DNA of 15,956 nt from Eledone cirrhosa (lineage: Eukaryota): NCBI GenBank assembly GCA_964016885.1, contig CAXHJY010000900.1, forward strand, positions 1 to 15,956, read 5' to 3'. Under the pieces are notes generated by a model. The model saw nothing but the letters and a program-made list of their open reading frames with translations, searched no databases and was not told where the DNA came from. The position numbers and the translations under genes were made by a program. This document shows positions 1-8,712 of the stretch, in pieces. Positions within the stretch are counted from its first letter, which is position 1. Each line of letters starts with the position of its first letter.

Positions 1-208
1 GGTAGCTTGTTCCATGGAGGTTTTAAAGGACGCAGTGTCTCAACAGCTAATAACTGATGCAGGTAGTTTGTTCCATGCTTCAGCAACTCTGAGCGTAAAA
101 AAATGTTTCCGAAAGTCATGGGAGCTGTGTTGTTTTCTGACTTTGTAGGCAAGCCCTCGTGTGTTAGACACATGGAAATCAAAAAGGTGCTCAGGGTTGT
201 TGTTGGCA
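1..208 (-). mobile_element. CR1/L2-clade LINE ORF2 C-terminal fragment (runs off window start), carrying a 61-bp tandem junction
   Basis: Minus strand translates to SNTRGLAYKVRKQHSSHDFRKHFFTLRVAEAWNKLPASVISC*DTASFKTSM, the TRGH...FF..RV...WN.LP...FK motif of CR1/L2 ORF2 ends. Same family as 5146-5783. Confidence 0.8.
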
Positions 209-510
209 CTTCTTCTTCACCCACTTATTCCTAGGAGAGTTCTGGCGGAGCAGAGTCCTCAAACACTCCTGTCAGAAGTAACCTTCTCCAACTGATCCAG
301 CTGGACCAGCCAAGCTCATGGATGTAATCCAACCATCTTGCTTGAGGTCTACCCGTGGGTCTCCTGCCAGTTGGTTTTGCCCGTAAAATCTATCCAGCAA
401 TTCTTTCCTGAGACATTCTAACCACATGCCCTTAGTATCGGAGCTGTGATCTATCAATTCGGAGAAGTAGCAGCTCTACCTGGAATGAATCATTGATCTC
501 TGAACTACTC
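209..510 (-). mobile_element. RTE-clade LINE 3' fragment, degenerate
   Basis: Minus strand reads SSEINDSFQVELLLLRIDRSQLRY*GHVVRMSQERIAG*ILRAKPTGRRPTGRPQARWLDYI, matching the RTE LRW.GHV.RM...R.RGRP..RW.D motif. In-frame stops and a short (AAG)n-like tail near 210-219. Confidence 0.8.
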
Positions 511-714
511 ACTATATTGAGTAACATTACTCCAAAGACTCTTTGGGGGAACTTTACTTTGGCTACTTGTATTTGTGATTGTAGAACTCTCTTTTTTTCT
601 GGGTCTCTGAAAAGAAAATTTCTTATTTCAAATTTCATTTGAAAATCATAGACAATGTCTTTCATTAGAGATATGGTACATTGGCATTATGGTTGCTAAT
701 ATTCTTCCCACTTT

Positions 715-910
715 AAAGGAGGTGGTTTAGCGGTAATCGGTAAAGCGGTGGACATGCTTTGCAGCATAGAGTTACATCCCTTTATGTTCTGAGTTCAAAT
801 ATCCCCCCACCCCACTGAGGTTAGATTTGCTACCTTTCATTCTTATGCGGGGTCAATAGAATAAAGTAAATAAAGTATAAAGTACCAGTAATGCACTGGG
901 GATGGATTTA
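715..910 (+). mobile_element. tRNA-derived SINE, family A, copy 1 (diverged)
   Basis: A-box-like TAGCGGTAATCGG (728-740), B-box GAGTTCAAAT (791-800); body aligns by eye with 2055-2240 and the reverse complement of 12988-13211. Confidence 0.75.
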
Positions 911-958
911 CATAGTCAACTTTCCTTTCCTTTCACAATTGTTCGTCCGACTTTTCAG

Positions 959-1120
959 ACCAACACTGAGAGCTATGAATACGAACTACGAGGGATCAAT
1001 CACAAAGAGGGTGGCTGGCCTAAAGATGTTAATTGTCAGGAAGTTGAGCAAGTGATGCGTTACAGAAAGAAGGTGGAGAAGGATGAGGGCTACATCACAG
1101 CAATCATTAGTATGGGAAAT
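959..1120 (+). CDS. DNAI2: Axonemal dynein intermediate chain 2, first exon in window (162 nt, phase 0-0)
   Basis: cttttcAG acceptor, GTAAGT donor; TNTESYEYELRGINHKEGGWPKDVNCQEVEQVMRYRKKVEKDEGYITAIISMGN contains the DNAI2 hallmark NH.EGGWPKDVN...R(F/Y)RKKVEKDE. Confidence 0.95.
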
Positions 1121-1162
1121 GTAAGTAATAATTCACTTGATTTTCTTTCATGTTTTTGTTGG

Positions 1163-1283
1163 TTAACCCTTTAGCATTTACATTACTCTATATATACTAT
1201 TGTATTGTCAGAGTAACAGCTTTACCTCACATAATATTGAATTTATGAGATTTTGATATTATTTATTTTGAGGACAATACCTT
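1163..1283 (+). mobile_element. TTAA/piggyBac-type MITE, partial copy 1
   Basis: Starts TTAA-CCCTTTAGCATTTA; matches the first half of 11341-11572 and the reverse complement of 4930-5145; ends at a (TA)/(TG) microsatellite. Confidence 0.7.
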
Positions 1284-1443
1284 ATATATATATGTGTGTG
1301 TGTGTGTATGTGTATGTGTGTGTATGTGTATGCGTGTGTATGTGTATGCAAACGGCTAACAAAAATAACAAAGCAAACAATAGTGCAATGAAGATATATA
1401 TTAGTTTTATGCTTGATATAGTAGGAAAAGAGTTTTAACGTCC

Positions 1444-1845
1444 GTATTACTGTTAGTATTACCATGAAATAAAGACCCACTAGTATTACTGTTAGTATTA
1501 CCATGAAATAAAGACCCACTAGTATTACTGTTAGTATTACCATGAAATAAAGACCCACTAGTATTACTGTTAGTATTACCATGAAATAAAGACCCACTAG
1601 TATTACTGTTAGTATTACCATGAAATAAAGACCCACTAGTATTACTGTTAGTATTACCATGAAATAAAGACCCACTAGTATTACTGTTAGTATTACCATG
1701 AAATAAAGACCCACTAGTATTACTGTTAGTATTACCATGAAATAAAGACCCACTAGTATTACTGTTAGTATTACCATGAAATAAAGACCCACTAGTATTA
1801 CTGTTAGTATTACCATGAAATAAAGACCCACTTGTATTACTGTTA
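1444..1845. repeat. 39-bp minisatellite, 10 units + 12 bp
   Basis: Unit GTATTACTGTTAGTATTACCATGAAATAAAGACCCACTA; units identical except A>T at 1833. Confidence 0.97.
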
Positions 1846-1862
1846 TATCATTCTATGACCAG

Positions 1863-1981
1863 GTTATGGAACACTGTATCCAACAAAACAATGCTATCAA
1901 TATTTATGAAGAATATTTTAGTGATGTTGACTTCACTGACACTGATGAAGCACCTTCTGCTAAAACAATCAACCTGTTCAG
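1863..1981 (+). CDS. DNAI2: DNAI2 exon (119 nt, phase 0-2)
   Basis: ccAG / GTAAAT; VMEHCIQQNNAINIYEEYFSDVDFTDTDEAPSAKTINLFR, conserved MEHCI.QNNAI.IYEEYF. Not in the ORF track. Confidence 0.95.
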
Positions 1982-2054
1982 GTAAATATTCTTTAGTTTT
2001 AGTTAACTAACGGCTTCCTTTTGGTTTATCTGATGTGGCTTCATTATCTGCCTT

Positions 2055-2240
2055 GGATTGTCAGTATCGGTGTAGGGTCGGACGCCATGCTTTGATGCAT
2101 AGAGTTACGGCCCTTTATGATCTGAGTTCAAATCCCGCCGAGGTTAACTTTGCCTTTCATCCTTCCGGGGTCGATAAAATAAAGTACCAGTAATGCACTG
2201 GGATAATTGATGGCCTTGTGCTAAAAGTAGAAACAATTAC
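2055..2240 (+). mobile_element. tRNA-derived SINE, family A, copy 2
   Basis: B-box GAGTTCAAATCCC (2124-2136); closely similar to the reverse complement of 12988-13168. Confidence 0.8.
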
Positions 2241-2332
2241 TAGACTATATTATATTGTAAATATTAGTGAATCTTCTATTTTTATTTCAATTTGATCTTC
2301 TGGTTTTGGGGGTATTTTTTTTCTATTTTCAG

Positions 2333-2475
2333 AGATGAAAATGAAAACAGACGCACAGTATCTCATATTTCTTGGTACCCGGACAGTCCTTCTCGGTTAG
2401 CTGCAGCATATTGCAACCTTGACTTTGACACACCTGATATCAAGTCTTCAATGTATTCTTATATCTGGAGTATTG
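2333..2475 (+). CDS. DNAI2: DNAI2 exon (143 nt, phase 2-1)
   Basis: ttttcAG / GTAGGA; DENENRRTVSHISWYPDSPSRLAAAYCNLDFDTPDIKSSMYSYIWSI, start of the WD40 region. Confidence 0.93.
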
Positions 2476-2530
2476 GTAGGATACTGTTTGTATATTGATA
2501 GTGTTGTTGTTGATATGATGTATGACGTTG

Positions 2531-2699
2531 TGTAGGCAGTGGTGAGATGTATGGTGTGGTGTAGGAGGTGGTGAGATGTATGGTGTGGTGTAGGAGGTGG
2601 TGAGATGTATGGTGTGGTGTAGGAGGTGGTGAGATGTATGGTGTGGTGTAGGAGGTCGTGAGATGTATGGTGTGGTGTAGGAGGTGGTGTGGTGTATGG
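2531..2699. repeat. 29-bp GT-rich minisatellite, about 5 units
   Basis: Unit GGTGAGATGTATGGTGTGGTGTAGGAGGT starting at 2541, 2570, 2599, 2628, 2657. Confidence 0.93.
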
Positions 2700-2833
2700 C
2701 AAGAGTTCTCAAACTGACAAATGGACATTAGATGATTCCAGTGATGATGAAATTTGTTAAGGGAGCTAAATAAATAAATTTAGACCAACTTTAAGATTTG
2801 TTGTTTTAATGAACCAGTTTTTCTTGTATTCAG

Positions 2834-2947
2834 AAAACACCAACAAACCTGAAATGGCCCTGCACCCACCTTCATCACTGGTATCTATTGAGTATAACCC
2901 AAAGGACTGTCATATTATATTGGGTGGATGTTTTAACGGACAGCTTG
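2834..2947 (+). CDS. DNAI2: DNAI2 exon (114 nt, phase 1-1)
   Basis: ttcAG / GTAAGT; [38 protein letters not shown] (WD40). Confidence 0.95.
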
Positions 2948-3044
2948 GTAAGTTTTCCAACTTCTTTAAATATTTTCTGGACACCTTTCATTTCCTCCTG
3001 CAACAAAACAAAACTGTAAAATAAAACTATGGCCAGCTGGCATA

Positions 3045-3971
3045 TCTAGTGTGATATCATGATATAGTGATATAGTGATATCTATAATGTGATATAATGA
3101 TATCTATAGTGTGGTATAGTGATATCTATAGTGTGGTATAGTGATATCTATAGTGTGATGTAGTGATATCTATAGAGTGATATAATGATATCATGATATC
3201 TGTAGTGTGGTATAGTGATATATATAGTGTGGTATAGTGATATCTATAGTGTGGTATAGTGATATCTATAGTGTGGTATAGTGATATCTATAGTGTGGTA
3301 TAGTGATATCTATAGTGTGGTATAGTGATGTCTATAGTGTGGTATAGTGATATCTATAGTGTGGTATAGTGATATCTATAGTGTGGTATAATGATATCTA
3401 TAATGTGGTATAATGATATCTATAGTGTGGTATAGTGATATCTATAGTGTGGTATAGTGATATCTATAGTGTGATATAATGATATCTATAGTGTGGTATA
3501 GTGATATCTATAATGTGGTATAATGATATCTATAGTGTGGTATAGTGATATCTATAGTGTGGTATAGTGATATCTATAGTGTGGTATAGTGATATCTATA
3601 GTGTGGTATAGTGATATCTATAGTGTGGTATAGTGATATCTATAATGTGGTATAGTGATATCTATAGTGTGATGTAGTGATATCTATAGAGTGATATAAT
3701 GATATCATGATATCTGTAGTGTGGTATAGTGATATCTATAGTGTGGTATAGATATATATATAGTGTGGTATAGTGATATCTATAGTGTGGTATAGTGATA
3801 TCTATAGTGTGGTATAGTGATATCTATAATGTGGTATAGTGATATCTATAGTGTGATATCATGATATCTGTAGTGTGGTATAGTGATATCTATAGTGTGG
3901 TATAGTGATATCTATAGTGTGGTATAATGATATCTATAGTGTGATATCATGATATCTGTAGTGTGATATAG
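3045..3971. repeat. 22-bp minisatellite, about 40 units, with higher-order structure
   Basis: Unit GATATCTATAGTGTGGTATAGT with variant units. Confidence 0.95.
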
Positions 3972-4069
3972 TTTCTTTTTGGGTATGTACATGTCTGTGT
4001 ATGTGTGTGTTTCTGTTTGCATATGTATGTGTGTGTATATATACATATGTATGTGTGTATATATATGTA

Positions 4070-4100
<31 letters not shown>

Positions 4101-4193
4101 GAGTGTGGGGGTATTTTCCAGCTAGTGAAGAGAAGCACTTCCTTAAAAAATATCAAAAGCATCTTTTAAAATGTCTTATTTCTATCTTTCCAG

Positions 4194-4456
4194 GTTACTG
4201 GGACACACGAAAGGGATCCAGTCCTGTTGAAATGACCCCTGTACCTGTAAGTCACCGTGAACCGGTCCATAAGGCTATCTGGGTCCAGTCCAAAACTGGC
4301 AATGAGTTCTTTTCAGCCTCATCTGATGGCAAAATCCTTTGGTGGGACAACAGAAAACTGTCAGAACCCACAGAATCCCTTCTGCTCGACCCCACCAAAC
4401 AAGTAAACCCTGCAAACGTCCATGGTGCCATGAGCTTAGAATATGAACCAACTATT
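4194..4456 (+). CDS. DNAI2: DNAI2 exon (263 nt, phase 1-0)
   Basis: ctttccAG / GTAAGG; YWDTRKGSSPVEMTPVPVSHREPVHKAIWVQSKTGNEFFSASSDGKILWWDNRKLSEPTESLLLDPTKQVNPANVHGAMSLEYEPTI. Confidence 0.95.
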
Positions 4457-4487
4457 GTAAGGGAATTCTTTTAATTTTTTTTTTAAA

Positions 4488-4860
4488 TTCTTTTACTGGT
4501 TTCTGTCTTTGGACTGAGGCCATACTGGAGCACTGCCTTAGCCTTAGCGGGGTTCAGTCGATCGTGTTGATCCCTGTAGTTACTTTTTTATGTCTGGGAC
4601 CTGCATTATCAATCTCTGTTTTTCCAACTGCTAAGTCACAAGACATAAACAAACGCTACTGGTTGTTAAGTGGCATCAATGCAAATACAGACATAGACAC
4701 ACACACACACACATACACATACATACATTCAAGCTCTCACACGCACACACACACATACACAGCCGCATACACATATACACACACACACTTACACATATAC
4801 ATACATAAACTTACACACACATACATATACATATACAACAGTCTTCTGTACAGTTACCTT
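4488..4860 (-). mobile_element. Probable SINE 3' portion with internal (CA)/(TA) microsatellite
   Basis: Motifs GACTGAGGCCATACTGGAGCACTGCC, CTGCTAAGTCAC and GGTTGTTAAG followed by a CA tract resemble an abundant octopus interspersed repeat (from recall; no second copy in the window). Confidence 0.5.
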
Positions 4861-4929
4861 GATAAGAAAGTTAGTTATTTGAAAATACTTACAAAAGTGT
4901 CTTTTAGAAGAAATATGGTAAAAAAAGGT

Positions 4930-5145
4930 TTAACCATTTAGCATTTAAACCGGCCGTATCCAGCCAGAATTCTCTCATCTCTTTCTGTTCAAACTGGCCG
5001 TAACCGGCCACTCATACTGATGTTCAGGTATTATTCTCAAAATAAATAATATCAAAATCTCATAGATTCAATATTATATAAGATAAAACCTTTTCTGTGA
5101 AAATACAATAGTAAATATAGAGTAACCTGGATACTAAAAGGTTAA
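4930..5145 (-). mobile_element. TTAA/piggyBac-type MITE, full copy 2 (inverted relative to copies 1 and 3)
   Basis: TTAA at 4930-4933 and 5142-5145 flanking imperfect TIRs CCATTTAGCAT / ATACTAAAAGG; 208-bp non-coding body is the reverse complement of 11341-11568. Confidence 0.75.
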
Positions 5146-5783
5146 TTATAATAATAGTAATAATGAAATTATTGTGTACTGTGCTCAGGTGCACTACAAC
5201 TCATCAAAGGTGCATGTATAGTACATAGAATAATATACAAATTCAGGAAAATGAATAGTGTACGAGTCATGAAATACATGTGTGTGTGTGTATGGAAGGG
5301 GAATATCAGGTGTAGTGTTGGTGAATCTCAGGAAGCATGGAGGTTTTAAAGGATGCAGTGTCTTGACAGCTAACAACTGATGCAGGTAGTTTGTTCCATA
5401 GAGGTTTTAAAGGATGCAGTGTCTCGACAGCTAACAACTGATGCAGGTAATTTGTTCCATGGAGGTTTTAAAGGATGCAGTGTCTTGACAGCTAACAGCT
5501 GATGCAGGTAGTTTGTTCCATGGAGGTTTTAAAGGATGCAGTGTTTCAACAGCTAACAACTGATGCAGGTAGTTTGTTCCATGGAGGTTTTAAAGGATGC
5601 AGTGTCTTGACAGCTAACAGCTGATGCAGGTAGTTTGTTCCATGGAGGTTTTAAAGGATGCAGTGTTTCAACAGCTAACAACTGATGCAGGTAGTTTGTT
5701 CCATGGAGGTTTTAAAGGATGCAGTGTCTCAATAGCTAACAACTGATGCAGGTAGTTTGTTCCATGCTTCAGTAACTCTGAGC
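5146..5783 (-). mobile_element. CR1/L2-clade LINE 3' end (5'-truncated) with internal tandem array and (ATT)n-like tail
   Basis: 5702-5783 matches 13-94; minus strand LRVTEAWNKLPASVVSY*DTASFKTSM; followed by a 3' UTR and ATT-like tail at about 5146-5170. Confidence 0.75.
5336..5766. repeat. 61-bp minisatellite, 7 units, LINE-derived
   Basis: Unit CATGGAGGTTTTAAAGGATGCAGTGTCTTGACAGCTAACAACTGATGCAGGTAGTTTGTTC at 5336, 5397, 5458, 5519, 5580, 5641, 5702. Confidence 0.96.
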
Positions 5784-5839
5784 ATTAACTTACAAATCCT
5801 ATTTCTTATTTATATATTGTCTATTTTTCTAAATTGTAG

Positions 5840-6019
5840 CCAACTAAATTCATGGTCGGCACCGAACATGGAACTATCATTTTATGTAACAAGAAAGCCA
5901 AATCAGAAAGTGAAAAAATTGTCACCATCTACAAGGCTCATTCAGGTCCAGTCTATGCTGTCCAAAGAAACCCTTTCTTTCCCAAGAACTTCCTCACTGT
6001 GGGCGATTGGCAGGCACAG
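5840..6019 (+). CDS. DNAI2: DNAI2 exon (180 nt, phase 0-0)
   Basis: ttgtAG / GTAAGG; [60 protein letters not shown]. Confidence 0.96.
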
Positions 6020-6077
6020 GTAAGGTTGATTTAAAATGCACACACACACACACATGATAGGTATGCATATTTGTATG

Positions 6078-6114
<37 letters not shown>

Positions 6115-6260
6115 GTGTGTGTGTGTATGTATATATATGTGTGTGTACTGTGGTGATGGTGTTGGTGTTGATAATAGTGATGATGATGATGGTGATGATG
6201 TGAATGAAGATGATGATGATTGTTTTGAAATATCCAATGTTGTTTGTATATCTTTACCAG

Positions 6261-6304
6261 ATTTGGTGTGAAGACAGCAAAGATTCTTACATCATGAGAA
6301 CCAA
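6261..6304 (+). CDS. DNAI2: DNAI2 small exon (44 nt, phase 0-2)
   Basis: tttaccAG / GTAAAT; IWCEDSKDSYIMRTK, equivalent to the conserved IWSED..S.IM.TK; needed to keep phase between neighbours. Not in the ORF track. Confidence 0.92.
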
Positions 6305-6469
6305 GTAAATATTTCACCTTATTTCTAATCTTTCTGTTTTCACTGGGGATTACTTTCTCTCCACGAAATGGTATAAAGTTGTGTTAAGTGAAGGGTCTTC
6401 CCTGGTCCCAGTACCACAGACTATTACTATAGATATACATATGTATAGTTTTATCTATTTTGTGTACGT

Positions 6470-7721
6470 GTGATGTTGGAAGAGTATCCTCCACCTCTGG
6501 GTCCTGGCTGACAAGATGGAGAGTACAATGTCTCGGAGGATTGTGAGGGAGATGCACAAGCACAGCCACTCCACCTCACGGGGCTCGCACCTGCAGGTAG
6601 TTGACTCTGCTCCGATAACAGTGAGCAGAGATGTGGTCTGGAGGGCTAAGAATGCTGAAAGTCTCCACTGTAAAAGACTCTACCACAAACCTATCACAGG
6701 AGCAGAGATGTGGTCTGGAGGGCTAAGAATGCTGAAAGTCTCCACTGTAAAAGACTCTACCACAAACCTATCACAGGAGCAGGGATGTGGTCTGGGGGCC
6801 AAGAACACTGGAAGTCTCCTCTGTAACAGATTCTACCACAAACCTATCACATGAGCAGGGATGTGGTCTGGGGGCCAAGAACACTGGAAGTCTCCTCTGT
6901 AACAGATTCTACCACAAACCTATCACAGGAGCAGGGATGTGGTCTGGGGGCCAAGAACACTGGAAGTCTCCTCTGTAACAGATTCTACCACAAACCTATC
7001 ACAGGAGCAGGGATGTGGTCTGGGGGCCAAGAACACTGGAAGTCTCCTCTGTAACAGATTCTACCACAAACCTATCACAGGAGCAGGGATGTGGTCTGGG
7101 GGCCAAGAACACTGGAAGTCTCCTCTGTAACAGATTCTACCACAAACCTATCACAGGAGCAGGGATGTGGTCTGGGGGCCAAGAACACTGGAAGTCTCCT
7201 CTGTAACAGATTCTACCACAAACCTATCACAGGAGCAGGGATGTGGTCTGGGGGCCAAGAACACTGGAAGTCTCCTCTGTAACAGATTCTACCACAAACC
7301 TATCACAGGAGCAGGGATGTGGTCTGGGGGCCAAGAACACTGGAAGTCTCCTCTGTAACAGATTCTACCACAAACCTATCACAGGAGCAGGGATGTGGTC
7401 TGGGGGCCAAGAACACTGGAAGTCTCCTCTGTAACAGATTCTACCACAAACCTATCACAGGAGCAGGGATGTGGTCTGGGGGCCAAGAACACTGGAAGTC
7501 TCCTCTGTAACAGATTCTACCACAAACCTATCACATGAGAGGGATGTGGCCTGGGGGCCAAGAATGCCAGAAGTCTCCACTGCTAGAGGCTCTACCACAA
7601 ACCTATCAGAGAGCAGCTGATACTTGGACAATTTGCCCTCTATGGTCTGGTGGGCAGCAGACACTCAGCTGGTAGCCAAATGTACCAGGTTGCCACTAGA
7701 GAAGGTGTTACAGGAGGTAGC
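6470..7721 (-). mobile_element. Degenerate C-terminus of a restriction-like-endonuclease non-LTR retrotransposon (CRE-like), interrupted by its own tandem amplification
   Basis: Collapsing the array gives ATSCNTFSSGNLVHLATS*VSAAHQTIEGKLSKYQLLSDRFVVEPLAVETSGILGPQTTSLLTVIGAESTTCRCEPREVEWLCLCISLTILRDIVLSIL, resembling the D.TC.DT...AA..AE..K..KY..L....P.AVET.G..G...IG....PRE..WL.QR.S..I.RGNA.SIL pattern. Confidence 0.75.
6616..7616. repeat. 76-bp minisatellite, 13 units
   Basis: Anchor CTACCACAAACCTATCA at 6680, 6757, 6833, then every 76 bp to 7517, and 7592; two variant units at left, ten near-identical central units, one divergent unit at right. Confidence 0.97.
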
Positions 7722-7940
7722 AAGGAGATTTGCTACTAAACTGCCTTAAACCACTCTAGGTTTTACAATATTAAGCTGCATATTTTAAAGTGTTTATAAT
7801 TATCTAAAACCCTTTCATCATATTTTTATGTGGAAACTTATGTACAGTTATGTTCCAAACAATAGCTTTATAATGAAAACTTATATTTCTAAATCCTTTC
7901 AATTTCTTGTTAAGGTCACTCTCTGCTGTCTCTCTTTCAG

Positions 7941-8076
7941 ACAACATTCTTGTTACCTGAGTGACGGTGCCTGGAGTTCTGTCCGACCAGCTGTATTCTT
8001 CACCACAAAAGTGGATGGAACACTTGACATCTGGGATTTGGTTTACAAACAAAATGAACCATCTTTAAGTATTCAG
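7941..8076 (+). CDS. DNAI2: DNAI2 exon (136 nt, phase 2-0)
   Basis: ctctttcAG / GTAATG; QHSCYLSDGAWSSVRPAVFFTTKVDGTLDIWDLVYKQNEPSLSIQ (WD40). Confidence 0.96.
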
Positions 8077-8675
8077 GTAATGTATTTATTTAGTAGATAT
8101 TTAGTGTACCCGAAAAACAGGATTTTGCAGTGGACAGGTGGTGTTTGTGTACCAAAACACCAGCGACTAACGGCGTGTTGAGGTGTCCAGCAGAAGAAAG
8201 GGGGGGGAGGGGGGTTCTCATCAGCACGACTCCCCCCCCCACACACACACACTTGCAACTGCTAGACTTTGAACACAGGCGAGAATATATGGTTTTCTCG
8301 TCTGTGTAAATGAAGTGACTAATCTCATATCTCATTTGCGTATGAAGTTGTATAAGATGGCTCAACTTAGAATAGAATAGAATTACAATTTAGCTTCAGG
8401 CATAGTTATATACAGATATGTATTGGATTTTCGTATTTCTGAAGAAATACGGTATGTTTATATATAAATATATAGTTTAAGATGGTAGTATGGACGAAAC
8501 AAGAGAAGGTAACCACAGCTCATTTCGTTTCTTATATACGATCTGCTAAGGTGAAACGATTGTTCTCGGTATGGTGAACTAACTGTTGTGTTACCACTTC
8601 TACCTAACTCGTCCCTTGGGCTGAGTGTTCTACCACTACGGATATTACCTTCCAGTGTTCTACCTCTCTCTCTCT

Positions 8676-8712
<37 letters not shown>

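Noticed and set aside
1259-1831. 190-aa minus-strand ORF with 13-aa hydrophobic repeats
   Set aside because: Arises because the 39-bp repeat unit is a multiple of 3 and stop-free; intronic and antisense to DNAI2.
2440-2728. His/Thr/Pro-rich ORFs in all three minus frames
   Set aside because: Translation of the 29-bp GT-rich minisatellite.
6516-7510. Series of identical 63-aa + strand ORFs resembling a tandem gene or peptide array
   Set aside because: Frame-rotating translations of the 76-bp repeat; the real coding ancestry is on the minus strand.
8216-8230. CTGATGAG on the minus strand as a hammerhead core
   Set aside because: No correctly placed GAAA, stem III or UH could be found.
8438-8515. 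Long hammerhead using CTGAAGA (8438) with GAAAC (8496) and GTA (8509)
   Set aside because: Stems I and III do not pair convincingly and the halves are separated by a TA tract.
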